Below are positions 46,430 to 57,751 of a stretch of DNA of 64,000 nt, in pieces. Location: contig JAHLWS010000053.1 of NCBI GenBank assembly GCA_019057795.1, forward strand, positions 32,001-96,000, written 5' to 3'. How positions within the stretch are numbered: position 1 is the first letter of the stretch; each line of letters begins with the position of its first letter. A model generated the notes under the pieces. It was not told the DNA's origin. It saw only the letters and a program-made list of their open reading frames with translations, and searched no databases. Source of the stretch: Promethearchaeota archaeon (GTDB taxonomy: Archaea; Asgardarchaeota; Lokiarchaeia; Sigyniarchaeales; SOKP01). The translations under genes and the position numbers were made by a program.

Positions 46430-48247
46430 CTATTTAGGAATATAATAGTATTCATTAATTCTTTTTTGATAAGCATCTTTAGTACTACCAGTCTTATTAA
46501 TTCGAGGCCGTTTCGTCAAATTATCTCTTCTAAAAGTGATTCCCATCAATTTTAAAAATAAATTAAATCCGTCTCTTAAATTTAATGGGGCAAAAGCCTT
46601 ACCTTCTAACCCAGGTATTCCTTCAAATACTAAAATAGAATCCGCTATAAAATCTTGGGTTATAATATCATGTTCGACTACAAAGGCTGATTTCTTTAAT
46701 TCTTCAATGGATTTTCTTAACAGTTGAGCTACTTGTAATCTCATTTCAACATCTAGAAAAGCAGATGGCTCATCTAACAAATAAATATCAGCTTCAGTTG
46801 ATAAACAATTGGCTATAGCCACCCTTTGTAATTCGCCACCACTTAATTCAGAAAACCTTCGTTCTTTAATTTCTTCTAATTTTAAGCCATTTATTAATCG
46901 TTTTTTGTAGGATTGACTTAGATACGGAGCCAATCTAATCTTATTGACAATTTCAGAAACAAATCTTGATTCAATTTTAATATATTGAGGTTTGATTGAA
47001 ACTTTTAACTTTTTACTTTCAGCGTTTTCAAAATTAGTCTGATTTTCATTATTAGATTTTATTTTATTAGCTATTAAATCGATGAATGTAGATTTGCCAA
47101 TTCCATTAGCCCCAAGAATACCTATAATTTCGCCAGCGTGGATTTCACTCCCATCTACGGTTAGATGGAAATCACCTAATGTTTTTTCTAAATCCTCATA
47201 AGAGAGTACAATAACTCCAGAATCAAATGACGAATCTATAGGTGGTCTTTCATGAAATCGAATTGGTTCATTTCTAATTCTTACATTTTCATCTTTAATA
47301 TACCCATTTAAATAAATATTAATGCCTACTCTTACGCCTTGAGGGTGTGATATAATTCCATATGCTCCAGGAATTCCATAAAGTAGGGATATATAATCGC
47401 TTAAGTAGTCTAATATTGCTAAGTCGTGTTCAACAACTACAACGGTTTTATCGTTATCCGTAAGAGATCTAATCAATTTAGCCATGTTAATCCTTTCACT
47501 AACATCTAAATAAGAGCTAGGTTCATCAATAAGATATACATCTGCATCTTTGAGATAAGCGGCAGCAATGGCAACCCTTTGCAACTCACCACCCGATAAA
47601 ACAGATATGTTTCTATCTAAGATTTCATTAAGGTTAAGTTGCTTAACAATTGTATCTAAACGATCATTAACATCGTTTTTTTTTAATAAATTAAAAACTT
47701 TTCCTGAAACATGTTTAGGTATAAGAGTAATATTTTGAGGCTTATGAACAATCTTAGATTTTTTAGTAAACAACTCTATAAAATACTGCTGCAATTCTGA
47801 GCCTTTAAAGAAATTAATTATAATATCATTACTTGGAACCTCATCATTAAACCTTCCAAGATTCATTCTTAACTCTCCTGATAATATATTTAACATAGTA
47901 CTTTTCCCTATCCCATTTTGACCTATTAATCCCAGTACCTTTCCTTTCTTAGGAATGGCCATTCTAAATAAGGAAAATTGATCTGGGCCATAACGATAAG
48001 TCATTTGGTTTTTTAATGGATCTGGTAAATTAACAATGTTTATTGCATTAAAAGGACATTTTTTTATACAAATTCCACACCCAGTACATAGACTCTCTGT
48101 TATTATTACATTTTTCCCTTCCGGGCTTAATTCTATAGTTTTTTCTCCTGTTCTTACCTTTGGACAATATTTAATGCATGGTTTTTCCCCAAAAGGGCTA
48201 CATTTATCAGGTTTACAGCGATCTTTATTAAGTACAGCGATTCTCAA
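46430..48247 (-). CDS. rli: Ribosome recycling ATPase ABCE1/Rli1
   Basis: N-terminal Fe-S (CKPDKC..CTGCGICIKKCP), two ABC domains with LSGGELQR, ITFRRD..RPRINK. Confidence 0.96.
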   Translation of the reverse strand: MRIAVLNKDRCKPDKCSPFGEKPCIKYCPKVRTGEKTIELSPEGKNVIITESLCTGCGICIKKCPFNAINIVNLPDPLKNQMTYRYGPDQFSLFRMAIPKKGKVLGLIGQNGIGKSTMLNILSGELRMNLGRFNDEVPSNDIIINFFKGSELQQYFIELFTKKSKIVHKPQNITLIPKHVSGKVFNLLKKNDVNDRLDTIVKQLNLNEILDRNISVLSGGELQRVAIAAAYLKDADVYLIDEPSSYLDVSERINMAKLIRSLTDNDKTVVVVEHDLAILDYLSDYISLLYGIPGAYGIISHPQGVRVGINIYLNGYIKDENVRIRNEPIRFHERPPIDSSFDSGVIVLSYEDLEKTLGDFHLTVDGSEIHAGEIIGILGANGIGKSTFIDLIANKIKSNNENQTNFENAESKKLKVSIKPQYIKIESRFVSEIVNKIRLAPYLSQSYKKRLINGLKLEEIKERRFSELSGGELQRVAIANCLSTEADIYLLDEPSAFLDVEMRLQVAQLLRKSIEELKKSAFVVEHDIITQDFIADSILVFEGIPGLEGKAFAPLNLRDGFNLFLKLMGITFRRDNLTKRPRINKTGSTKDAYQKRINEYYYIPK

Positions 48248-48333
48248 AACTTTTTCACCACTTTTTAAAATAATAAATGATAAATAATTTTTATCATTTA
48301 CTCGGCTTAGGTTTAATTAATTAGTGAAATAAT

Positions 48334-50061
48334 TTGGTAAATAAGTTATTAGTACATTGGCTAGAAGAAACAGTGGATAAAATTTCTGAAAGAAATTTAA
48401 CAGAATTAACTCTGTCTACTGGAAAAACCCCTTCAGGACACGTTCATATCGGAATTTTAAGAGAAATAATTATCTGCGACGCTTTAAGAAGAGTATTTGA
48501 AGAAAAGGGCCCTAAAATAAATTCTTATCTATTTATGGATGATTTTGACGCAGCTAAAAGGTTTCCACATTACATCGATAAGACATTTCAGAAAGAGTAT
48601 TTAGGAAAACCATTTGCTTTAATACCCTGTCCTTTTGAAAATTGTGGATGTGAGAGTTATGGAACACATTTTGGAAATGAGTTAATTTCCACCTTTAAGT
48701 ATTTTGGTATAAAAAATGAAATTATATGGACTTATAGATTGTACCAAAAAAAAGAAATGCAAGAAAAAATAAAAATTTCTCTAGATAATACAAACCAAAT
48801 TAAGGAGATTTTAAAAAAATTTATTCTACCTACTTTAGATGATGAACGGAAAAAATTATTCAAAGAAACGCAAAAAACATGGATACCTGTAATGGCAATT
48901 TGCGATAAATGTGAAAAAATACAGGATCGAGACAAAGATGGCACAATACACCCTAATAGGGTAATAAAATATTTAAACAAAGAACACGAGGTCTTATATG
49001 AATGTCCTGCATGTAGCTATAAGGGAAGAGTATCCATTTATAGTGGTAAACTAAAATTAAATTGGCGGATCGATTGGCCTGCTAAATGGGCGTTATTTAA
49101 GGCTACTTGTGAACCAGCGGGAAAGGATCATAGCGTAAAAGGAGGCGCATACGATACCGGGTTAGAAATATGCCAAAAAATTTTTAAATATGAAGGGCCA
49201 ATAAAACTTCCCTATGAATGGTTAAGATTAGGGAAACAAGATATGAAAACTTCAAAGGGTATAGTTTTTACTCCACAAAAATATTTAGAATTAGCAGATC
49301 CAGAACTTTATAGAATGTTAATCTTAAGAACAAACCCTATGAAGCATATATCTTTAAGAATTGAAGAGATTCCTCAATATTATGATTATTACGAAAAAAT
49401 GGAAAATATATTTTATTCTCTCGAACAACCCGAATCTAAGGAAGAATATAATTTTTATAAGTATCTCTATCCATTAACCAAAGTTAACGATATTCTTGAT
49501 ACAAAACCAATCAGAATGCCATCAAAACTTTTAATTTTTCTTTCACAAATGCAAAATATATTGAGTTTAGAAAAATTATATGAAAAGGGAATATCATCTT
49601 TAAGAGATAAGAAAATTCAAAATGCTATTTCGATAGATGAATTTAAATTCCTCTTAAAAAGAACGGAAAATTGGATTAATGAAGTTAAAAAATTAATTGA
49701 GAGTATAAAAGATGACAAGGTTAAAAGAAATATTTTGAGTAAAATTGACATTTTTACGATTCCCGAAACAATAGACAACAATCTCATTAAAAGCTTAAGT
49801 GAAGACCAATTGGGAGGCCTAATGTTGTTTAGATCTTATTTTGTGCAAAATAATGATCTAGACGCTGATTCAATTCAAAACAAGATTTTTACTATAGCTA
49901 AAGAAGAGCAAGAGATTCCACCAAGAAAAATGTTTGAAGTCTTTTACCTAATCTTATTAGGGAAAAAGTTTGGACCCCGATTAGGACCATTTTTATTGAT
50001 GATAGATAAAACTTGGTTTTTAAAGAGATTAAATCAAATACTCGACGAAGACCATAGATAA
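48334..50061 (+). CDS. lysS: Lysine-tRNA ligase, class I
   Basis: TPSGHVHIG, WRIDWP, EPAGKDH, MKTSKG, GPRLG. Confidence 0.95.
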   Translation: MVNKLLVHWLEETVDKISERNLTELTLSTGKTPSGHVHIGILREIIICDALRRVFEEKGPKINSYLFMDDFDAAKRFPHYIDKTFQKEYLGKPFALIPCPFENCGCESYGTHFGNELISTFKYFGIKNEIIWTYRLYQKKEMQEKIKISLDNTNQIKEILKKFILPTLDDERKKLFKETQKTWIPVMAICDKCEKIQDRDKDGTIHPNRVIKYLNKEHEVLYECPACSYKGRVSIYSGKLKLNWRIDWPAKWALFKATCEPAGKDHSVKGGAYDTGLEICQKIFKYEGPIKLPYEWLRLGKQDMKTSKGIVFTPQKYLELADPELYRMLILRTNPMKHISLRIEEIPQYYDYYEKMENIFYSLEQPESKEEYNFYKYLYPLTKVNDILDTKPIRMPSKLLIFLSQMQNILSLEKLYEKGISSLRDKKIQNAISIDEFKFLLKRTENWINEVKKLIESIKDDKVKRNILSKIDIFTIPETIDNNLIKSLSEDQLGGLMLFRSYFVQNNDLDADSIQNKIFTIAKEEQEIPPRKMFEVFYLILLGKKFGPRLGPFLLMIDKTWFLKRLNQILDEDHR

Positions 50062-50081
50062 GGAAAAAAATAAATATTAAT

Positions 50082-50267
50082 CTAACGTGGTTCTTCAGTT
50101 TTCTTTTTTCTTTTCCACTTATACCATTTCTTTTTTTCTTGTAGCTTCATATAGCAATCAGAACAATAAGTAATACCCTCTTCAATAATTTGGTCGCACT
50201 TCTTACAATGCTTATGTGGAAAAATATATTCTTCTGACTTCTTTTTGTATCTTTCGTATTTACTCAA
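50082..50267 (-). CDS. DUF2116-like Zn-ribbon protein
   Basis: PHKHCKKC..YCSDC; GGAG SD with TTG start. Confidence 0.7.
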   Translation of the reverse strand: MSKYERYKKKSEEYIFPHKHCKKCDQIIEEGITYCSDCYMKLQEKKKWYKWKRKKKTEEPR

Positions 50268-50312
50268 TTTAAATCTCCAAACAAGTATTAATTAATTTAT
50301 ATAAGTGATAAA

Positions 50313-51572
50313 TTATAACTTTTTCACTCCAGAAACTATTTTTATTCTAAAAAATTGAGCTTTCTTTAACTTTTGTCTTATTTCTAAAGGATGCAAGGGG
50401 AAATGTGAGAGGAAAGTTTCTTTATTATCTATTACATTATTTAAATTATACTTCCAATCATGTAGGACTTTATCGATTTTCTCTGGGTTTACTAAAGCAA
50501 ATACAGATCCTCCCCCTCCCGCACCTGTTAATTTTGCCGCATAAACATTAGGATGATCTTCAATTAAACTTATTAAAATATTATTAGCTAATCCAATTCC
50601 ATGGATAAACCCAACATATCTCATTATGTCATTCAAGATGGCTGTATTTTCTCTAAAATATTTTCCTAACAAATTCCAATCCTGTTTCATTATCGCAAAA
50701 CGGGATTTCCAAGAAATTTCTGCTAGTTTTTTATAACTATTTAAAATTTTTGGGTCTTTATGTAAATATACATTTCTTAATTTCTCATGAACGCTTCCAC
50801 TTTCATGCGATACCCCAGAAAAACAAATAATAATTGGTAAACTTTTAATATCATATAATAAATCAATTCTATCATAAATTGCTAAAGGTTCCATTGAAAG
50901 CTCCTTATGATGCAATTTTCCATAATAAGAACAAAAACTTAGCCCTCCCCTAGCTATTACATAGCGATCTCCATATCCCGCAGTTATTTTTAAATCGTCA
51001 TCTTCGACTTTAGTCGCCATTTCTGCAATGATATCTCTATTTATTGGAAAATCCTCTTTATTTATGCATGTTAAATTTTTATATAATCCAAAATATTTTG
51101 CAAAACCATATAAAATAGCGATTATTATTGCTGCACTCCCGCCTAACCCACTTTGGCGAGGTATAGTAGTTATTATACCAATTTCAAAATTATTATTTTT
51201 AAATTTCTCCAAAAACACAGAGCATGTTTTAATAAATCTATAAACGCTAGCATAAAAAAGTTTAAAATCTTCATTATATTTTTTTTTAAACTCTAAAATT
51301 TGTTTTGAAATTACTTCTTCTTTCTCAATTTGAACAATAATATTATCTGATATATTTTTAATTGAATATAATTTTACAAAGCTAGAATCTACCCTACTTT
51401 TTATATAAACAAATGCTGATAATGGATTATTTACACCATTGATTGCTACAGAGGGCATCCAAAAATCCCCTTCTACCGCATCTAAGGGATTTATTAGATT
51501 AATCCTCGATGGAGCTTGAACAACAACCTCAGGATTTAGGTTATTAATAAAATATAAGATTTGCTTTAACAT
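50313..51572 (-). CDS. GHMP kinase, glucuronokinase/HddA-like
   Basis: APSRINL, IPRQSGLGGSAA, ITAGYGDR, KLTGAGGGG. Confidence 0.85.
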   Translation of the reverse strand: MLKQILYFINNLNPEVVVQAPSRINLINPLDAVEGDFWMPSVAINGVNNPLSAFVYIKSRVDSSFVKLYSIKNISDNIIVQIEKEEVISKQILEFKKKYNEDFKLFYASVYRFIKTCSVFLEKFKNNNFEIGIITTIPRQSGLGGSAAIIIAILYGFAKYFGLYKNLTCINKEDFPINRDIIAEMATKVEDDDLKITAGYGDRYVIARGGLSFCSYYGKLHHKELSMEPLAIYDRIDLLYDIKSLPIIICFSGVSHESGSVHEKLRNVYLHKDPKILNSYKKLAEISWKSRFAIMKQDWNLLGKYFRENTAILNDIMRYVGFIHGIGLANNILISLIEDHPNVYAAKLTGAGGGGSVFALVNPEKIDKVLHDWKYNLNNVIDNKETFLSHFPLHPLEIRQKLKKAQFFRIKIVSGVKKL

Positions 51573-51790
51573 TTTAATAACGCTTCTTGATGTTTAATTG
51601 ATTATTTTAAAAAAATTGATTTAAACTAGTCTTGTTTTATAGAATTTTTAATCCTATAAAGAAATTTTATATAATACTTATAATATTTTTTTACTTTTTC
51701 TGAACTTAAAAGTTATTAAAATCTCTCTTTAAATTGGAATCTGTAAAAAAATGCTAAGTTTTTATAATTTCAACAAAGAAATTTTATGAC

Positions 51791-52927
51791 ATGGTTAAAA
51801 AAGGCAAGTTCAAATTACTCTCCTTTTTAATTGAGAATCAATTAATTTATTATAAAAGTTTAAACAAAAATAAAAAATTAGTAGCTTTTTCAATTATAGA
51901 GACTAATAGTCTACTAAAAATAATTCCAATTCTTAATGATTTCCTTAAAAAAAGGTTTCTGCTTTATTATTCAATTCAGATTAATATCCCTAAAAAAAGA
52001 AGAAAATTAATTATATTAAATTTTATTAGTAATGATAAAAATAGAATTGTAAAATTTTTTAGTTTAATTTATCAACAAATAAGTGAATGCGATAAATCTG
52101 CTAAGTTTTTGAAAAAACGTTATTTAAAAAGACAGTTTTTACATGTTATTTCAAATAAGATTAATGTAGATATGAACACTATGAAATTAGGAGATTCATT
52201 AATATTAAAACATGATGATGATTTACAATTTTTACATTTTTATCAAATAAATTGCCCTTTTATAGAAAATAAAAGCGTTTCTTTGCATAATTTACTAAAA
52301 TTACTCAATAATTTTAACCGGAAAGGATTTTTGATCTTTAATATAAAGGTTAATAACAAAGAAGAGCTCATATACCACACTTATTTTATCGACATCAAAT
52401 ATGAAAAAAATAATTCTTCACTGGACATTGAAAAGGAAGTTAATTCTCTGTTTAATTGTGAACTATTTAAAAATATAGAAGTAAATTTGAAACTCCTTTA
52501 TTGTATTTTATGGAGGACTAACATTTCTGAGATTTATTACAATTTAGAAAACGGAGTTAATCTATTTTTATCTTTAAGCCAATTCAATTTTCAAAAATTA
52601 TCAAAGTTCAATACTCAGTTTGAAAAGGCTTTGCAATTGAATCAAATTAATTTTCATAGATTGAACCGAAATCTCTTATTGATTGAAGATAAAATTCTAT
52701 TTTTAATTTTTAAAGATTTTCATCGCGAAGATATTTTGAGACTTTTAGAAAAATTCTATTCAAGATATTTTGTAATTATTTTAATTTTAAATCGGGACGA
52801 GTATAAAAAGTTATTAGATGTTAATAAAATAAAGTTCTTGGAGAATCTAAAAACTTTGAACTATATGGATTTTGTGAAACTCAATTTTTCAGTTTTGAAA
52901 AATGAATATGTATTAAAAAATTCCTAA
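51791..52927 (+). CDS. Hypothetical protein
   Basis: 378-aa ORF; 3' end overlaps rpl23 convergently. Confidence 0.7.
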   Translation: MVKKGKFKLLSFLIENQLIYYKSLNKNKKLVAFSIIETNSLLKIIPILNDFLKKRFLLYYSIQINIPKKRRKLIILNFISNDKNRIVKFFSLIYQQISECDKSAKFLKKRYLKRQFLHVISNKINVDMNTMKLGDSLILKHDDDLQFLHFYQINCPFIENKSVSLHNLLKLLNNFNRKGFLIFNIKVNNKEELIYHTYFIDIKYEKNNSSLDIEKEVNSLFNCELFKNIEVNLKLLYCILWRTNISEIYYNLENGVNLFLSLSQFNFQKLSKFNTQFEKALQLNQINFHRLNRNLLLIEDKILFLIFKDFHREDILRLLEKFYSRYFVIILILNRDEYKKLLDVNKIKFLENLKTLNYMDFVKLNFSVLKNEYVLKNS

Positions 52928-53176
52928 ATCAATAGCAATATCTTGAGCAGAATAATCTGAGCGTAGTTTAATTAGGGCTTTTTTTTCTCCTCGAGGAGTA
53001 ATTATTGTATTAACCTTTATCACTTTTACATTATGAATTTTTTCTATAGCTTGTTTAATTTGACTTTTATTAGCTCTTTTATGAACAATAAAAACCAATT
53101 TATTTTCTCTCTCAATTAGATCAAATGTCTTTTCCGTTATTAAAGGTCTTTGAATAATTTTATAATATCTTTCCAT
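52913..53176 (-). CDS. rpl23: 50S ribosomal protein uL23
   Basis: PLITEK, NKLVFIV, KVNT, KKALIKL. Confidence 0.95.
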   Translation of the reverse strand: MERYYKIIQRPLITEKTFDLIERENKLVFIVHKRANKSQIKQAIEKIHNVKVIKVNTIITPRGEKKALIKLRSDYSAQDIAIDLGIF

Positions 53177-53177
53177 T

Positions 53178-53966
53178 TTAAATTAACGCCTCATAATTCT
53201 TTAAATCATTAAAAGCAGATTGAGCCCATAGAATTAATCGTCCTGACAACCCTCCTGGTGCTAAATTGGCGATTGACAAATTTTCAAACTTAACAACATC
53301 CACTCCCGGAATATTTCTTGAAGCCTTTACTATTCCGAAATCGTCTTTTATAACAACTAAAATACTTTTTTTATTTTTGTATTTACGTCCTCTCCTTTTC
53401 CCTTTTCCGGCTCTAATTTTTTTGCCTTCTTTAACCTTAACCAGGTCATCTTCCAAACCTAATTCAGAGAGGATTGAATACATTAATTTCGTTTTTTTAA
53501 CAGTTTGAATTTTATCATCAATTACTAATGGTATTTCTGGGACTTTATCAATGAGATGACCTCGGTTTTTAACCCAATCTAAATCGCCAGAAGCAGAAAT
53601 CGCGGAAATTAATGATAATTTGTTTACCTTTTTATTTATTTTTTTCTTAACAATTTTCTCTGTTTTAATAGGGTGTGCCCTTCTTCCGCCTTTTGCGAAA
53701 GGAACCCTCCCAACATTCCGAGCTGTGGGGAATCCTGAACCCTTTATTCGTGGAGCCCTTGAGACTCCATGTCCTGTGCCCCAGCCCTTAGCTGTATTTC
53801 TTAACCCTGCTCTCTTATTTCTACCTTGAACTTGTTTATTTCTACTGAAAGAAATTTCACTTGCTTTTCGAATTAGATCTTTTCTAGGTTTTGTACTAAA
53901 TATTCTTGGCATATCAACTAAAATTTTTTTTTTACCATCTAAATCATAAACATTAACTTTCTCCAT
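53178..53966 (-). CDS. rpl4: 50S ribosomal protein uL4
   Basis: [37 protein letters not shown]. Confidence 0.96.
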   Translation of the reverse strand: MEKVNVYDLDGKKKILVDMPRIFSTKPRKDLIRKASEISFSRNKQVQGRNKRAGLRNTAKGWGTGHGVSRAPRIKGSGFPTARNVGRVPFAKGGRRAHPIKTEKIVKKKINKKVNKLSLISAISASGDLDWVKNRGHLIDKVPEIPLVIDDKIQTVKKTKLMYSILSELGLEDDLVKVKEGKKIRAGKGKRRGRKYKNKKSILVVIKDDFGIVKASRNIPGVDVVKFENLSIANLAPGGLSGRLILWAQSAFNDLKNYEALI

Positions 53967-53973
53967 AAAATCA

Positions 53974-54993
53974 CTATTTTCTTTGTTGACTTTCTCTACT
54001 AATAAATGTTATTTCTGGTGATTTAACCATAAACGACTTTACTGGTCTTATTGTTTTTCTTATTCTAATTAACCGATTTTTTGGTCCCGGTATGGATCCT
54101 AACACAAGAAGATATTCTCCGTTAACTTTGCCATATCTAATGAAACCCCCCTTAGGGTTTATTTCTTCTTCATTTTCTCCAATGACCATAATTCGTTTAT
54201 GATATTCCGTTCTTTGATGATACCCCATTTGCCCAGGACGCGGAACTGTATAAAGAACTCGGGCCGGATGCCAAGGACCTATACACGCTACAACTCTTCT
54301 AGCTTTACTATTTTTTCGGGTTAATATTTTCACGCCATATCTTTTAACGGGCCCTTGAAATCCTTTTCCTTTTGTAACGGCTAATATATCAACCAATTCA
54401 CCTTCTATTAAAACATCCCTTGCCTTAATTTCTTTACCTAAATATTCTAAAGCAAAATTAAATTCATCTATTGGGGATCCAATAGAGTTCAACTTAATTT
54501 CAATAATATCGGGCTTTTTTCTTGGTAAAGATGTAAGATGCGGTTGAGTTTGAAAAATCCCTCTAATATCACTTGTGTTATTTAAGGTTTTAGAGAGTTT
54601 TTTTTTAATTTCATCATAATTGTATTTTTCGAAATTCGGAATGTTAATTTTGCGAGTAAGATAATTATTTAATTCAGTAGAAAAAATATCTCCCTCTATA
54701 TATTTTCCATACTCATCTTCATTATAAATTCTAATTCCAATGAGGATTAAAGGAGGAACTTCAATAACTGTAACTGGTTTCATCAATTCTTTTCCATAAT
54801 AAGGACTATTTTTTTGATCTTCTATATATGTAATATGAGTCATACCTGCTTTGAAACCAGCAAACCCTAAAAATATAACATTTTTAGATGTATCTAACCA
54901 GTGTCTTACCCTACCTTTAGCAGATGTGGCTCTTTTTCTAGGAAGAAACGCTAATGAACCGTGTCTTGGAGCATGTTTTTTGCGGTGACCCAT
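53974..54993 (-). CDS. rpl3: 50S ribosomal protein uL3
   Basis: PRHGSLAFLPRKR, GFKAGMTH, TKGKGFQG, IGPWHP, GQMGYHQRTE. Confidence 0.97.
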   Translation of the reverse strand: MGHRKKHAPRHGSLAFLPRKRATSAKGRVRHWLDTSKNVIFLGFAGFKAGMTHITYIEDQKNSPYYGKELMKPVTVIEVPPLILIGIRIYNEDEYGKYIEGDIFSTELNNYLTRKINIPNFEKYNYDEIKKKLSKTLNNTSDIRGIFQTQPHLTSLPRKKPDIIEIKLNSIGSPIDEFNFALEYLGKEIKARDVLIEGELVDILAVTKGKGFQGPVKRYGVKILTRKNSKARRVVACIGPWHPARVLYTVPRPGQMGYHQRTEYHKRIMVIGENEEEINPKGGFIRYGKVNGEYLLVLGSIPGPKNRLIRIRKTIRPVKSFMVKSPEITFISRESQQRK

Positions 54994-55125
54994 ATGTAAT
55001 CACTTACGACTTTAAAACTCTAAATTATTTAAAATAAAAAAAGTTTTGCATTCAATCATAAAATTTAAATTCCTTAAATTAAAAAAATGGGCTTTTTAAA
55101 TTTATGTTATAAAAAAAATAGATAG

Positions 55126-57312
55126 ATGACATTAAAATTTGAAAATTTAAGTCATATACAAGTAAAAGAGACTTTAAGTAGCAAAGAAGAGAAAATTTTA
55201 GTTATTGATTGTTCTGAGTGTTCAGGGGCACTAGAGGATTTATTTCAAAATGGAGAATGTATATTATGTGTTCTAAAAAATTTATATTTAAATAGAAAAA
55301 AAGTTTTTGAAAATTTAACAACAAAAATCCATGATCCATTAATCGAACGAGATCAAATTTCATTATTTTTGAATTATTTTAAAAGAATAAACTATATTAA
55401 AAAAATTTGGAGAAAAATTGAGAGTATAGGAAAAAAGAAATGTATATATCAAGAATTTAATTGTAAAATCACAGCTTTATGTGCTATGTTTCTCTCTTTA
55501 AATAATGATCTTATCTTAAATCCACTTTATGTTTTCAATTTTATTTCTGAGAAAATTGATGAACTTAAAGATCACGAATATTTTAATAGAGAGTGCCAAA
55601 ATTGCTCTAAAAAAGTATTGGTTTTACTGGAAACTCTCTTAAATGCCCTAAATGAACTGAAAATAATTCAAAGTTATAAAAGATTTCTTAAAAGTAATAG
55701 TAATTCCAAAGATTTAAACAAATTTTACGAAGAATTCTTTTTTAAAAAATCGTTATTTTTTAAAGAAAAAAGAAGTTTTGACAAAGCTTTAATAATATCT
55801 ACTGGTGATTTAATTGAAAAATATAAAACGGGAGATAATCAAATATTTCAAATTTCTATTTATAATATTGCTAATGAATATGAAAAAAAATATACTGTAC
55901 AATATTCATATGAATCCGTAGTTGATGAAAACTATTTTAAAAAGGTTGTACAAGATGTCAAAAACAATTTAAAACTCCTCGAAATTAATATAATCGCTCC
56001 GTTAGAAAATTTAATAAGTATGTACAAAAAAGAAGCTTTAATTTATTTAGATTCAAAATATAAGTTTCCATTAATCGAAAGGGAAAGAATTGCATATATC
56101 GCTGCATTATGTAAATTAAACATAGAAAAGATTTTTCCTCTATTAATTGACGATTTTATTGAAGAAGTTTTTTTAGATTCTCCAAATGATAAGATATACA
56201 TAAATCATCAAAAATTTGGACGTTGTAGAACAGATATTAAATTTGAATTAAAGGAAATTGAGAGATTAAAAACATTTTTAAGAATATATAGTGGAAAGAG
56301 ACTTGACTATTCCAATCCAAGTATTAAAGTAGTAATAAAGAATAAATATTTTTATTGCAGGTTTGCGATCGATGTTGAACCTATTCAGTTAAATAATTTC
56401 GCGTTAGATATAAGAAAGTTAAATAAAAACATATTAACTGTTCAAGATTTACTGAAAAACGGAACCATTAGTCCCGCAATAGCCGCATTTTTATATTTGT
56501 CGCTAATAAGAAGGGTGAATATCACGGTTACTGGTGAAACCGACACTGGAAAAACAACATTAATAAACGCATTAGATTTATTAACACCAAAAGAATTTCG
56601 AAAAATATATGTAGAAAATGTGATTGAATCATTAAACCAATCAAAATACGAGAAACATCAACTAAAATATAAAGTTGATTCACTCCAAGTAGGATTAAAC
56701 CATAAACTTTCAAAACAAAATCAAATTAGGAAATTATTACATCGTACGCCTGATATTATTTATTTAGGAGAAATTCTAACTAAAGAGGAAGCTGAGGCAA
56801 TGTTTCACTGTTTAGCTGCTGGGTTAAAGGGATTTCAAACGATTCATTCTAACGACATCGCTTCTTTAATAAATAGAATAATTCATCATTTCAAAATTCA
56901 TATTTCCTGTTTAAGAGATTTAGGTCTTATCGTTTTCATGAGAAAAAATCGAGAAAAAAGATTTGTTGATTCAATTTCGGAAATAAATAATAATATTGAA
57001 GATAATAAAGAAATTTATCAAACCCTTTTCAAATTCAATCCTCAAAAACAAAACTGGGCGAACCTAATAAGTTTATTTAACTCAAACATTATCTGTAAGC
57101 TAAGAAAATACGAAGATATTAGTAAAGAAAAATTTCAAGTATTATTTAATCTTTATAAAGACATGTTTAATACTCTTCAAATAATTGATAAACTATCAAT
57201 TGATAAATTAATTAAGTTTTTTGATCAAGTTTCTTTTCATTCTTCAGATAATCTAGAGAACCTTTGTTTATTTTTAGAAAATTGGAAAAACTCATGTAGT
57301 TTAAATTTATAA
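55126..57312 (+). CDS. Type IV pilus/Tad assembly ATPase (TadA/VirB11 family) with Cys-rich N-terminus
   Basis: FALDIRK, Walker A GETDTGKTT, LHRTPDIIYLGEI, QTIHS. Confidence 0.88.
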   Translation: MTLKFENLSHIQVKETLSSKEEKILVIDCSECSGALEDLFQNGECILCVLKNLYLNRKKVFENLTTKIHDPLIERDQISLFLNYFKRINYIKKIWRKIESIGKKKCIYQEFNCKITALCAMFLSLNNDLILNPLYVFNFISEKIDELKDHEYFNRECQNCSKKVLVLLETLLNALNELKIIQSYKRFLKSNSNSKDLNKFYEEFFFKKSLFFKEKRSFDKALIISTGDLIEKYKTGDNQIFQISIYNIANEYEKKYTVQYSYESVVDENYFKKVVQDVKNNLKLLEINIIAPLENLISMYKKEALIYLDSKYKFPLIERERIAYIAALCKLNIEKIFPLLIDDFIEEVFLDSPNDKIYINHQKFGRCRTDIKFELKEIERLKTFLRIYSGKRLDYSNPSIKVVIKNKYFYCRFAIDVEPIQLNNFALDIRKLNKNILTVQDLLKNGTISPAIAAFLYLSLIRRVNITVTGETDTGKTTLINALDLLTPKEFRKIYVENVIESLNQSKYEKHQLKYKVDSLQVGLNHKLSKQNQIRKLLHRTPDIIYLGEILTKEEAEAMFHCLAAGLKGFQTIHSNDIASLINRIIHHFKIHISCLRDLGLIVFMRKNREKRFVDSISEINNNIEDNKEIYQTLFKFNPQKQNWANLISLFNSNIICKLRKYEDISKEKFQVLFNLYKDMFNTLQIIDKLSIDKLIKFFDQVSFHSSDNLENLCLFLENWKNSCSLNL

Positions 57313-57313
57313 A

Positions 57314-57742
57314 TTGTTAAAATCAGATATGACAAATCTGTTAGAAAAGGCATTATTAATGGGTTTTGGAATTTTTGTTTTAACTATTTTTCTATCAATG
57401 ATTAATCCATTTATTATACAAATTTCTGAATTTAATAGAACAATAGAAAATGACATAATAGCCTATGAAAGTTTCTTTAATGAGGTAGATATAGCTGTCA
57501 AATTCATCATTGAAAATCCAGATGCGATTTATTTAAGAGAAATTGATTATCCTAAAAATTTGAATGTTACATTTGATGATTTTTATGTTAAATACGATTT
57601 TTTAATTGAAAATAAATTAAATTATAAAATATATGAATATAATAAACCTTTTATAAATCATTTTTACAGAAATTTATCTACAACTACTTTCATATTAAAT
57701 GTTTCATGTTTTCAAAACTTTATTGCTGTATATTTTAATTAA
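57314..57742 (+). CDS. Pilin-like protein
   Basis: MTNLLEKALLMGFGIFVL mirrors GNLLEYVLLIGLALFIF of the Flp pilin; lies between the ATPase and the platform protein. Confidence 0.65.
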   Translation: MLKSDMTNLLEKALLMGFGIFVLTIFLSMINPFIIQISEFNRTIENDIIAYESFFNEVDIAVKFIIENPDAIYLREIDYPKNLNVTFDDFYVKYDFLIENKLNYKIYEYNKPFINHFYRNLSTTTFILNVSCFQNFIAVYFN

Positions 57743-57751
57743 TTTTAAAAC

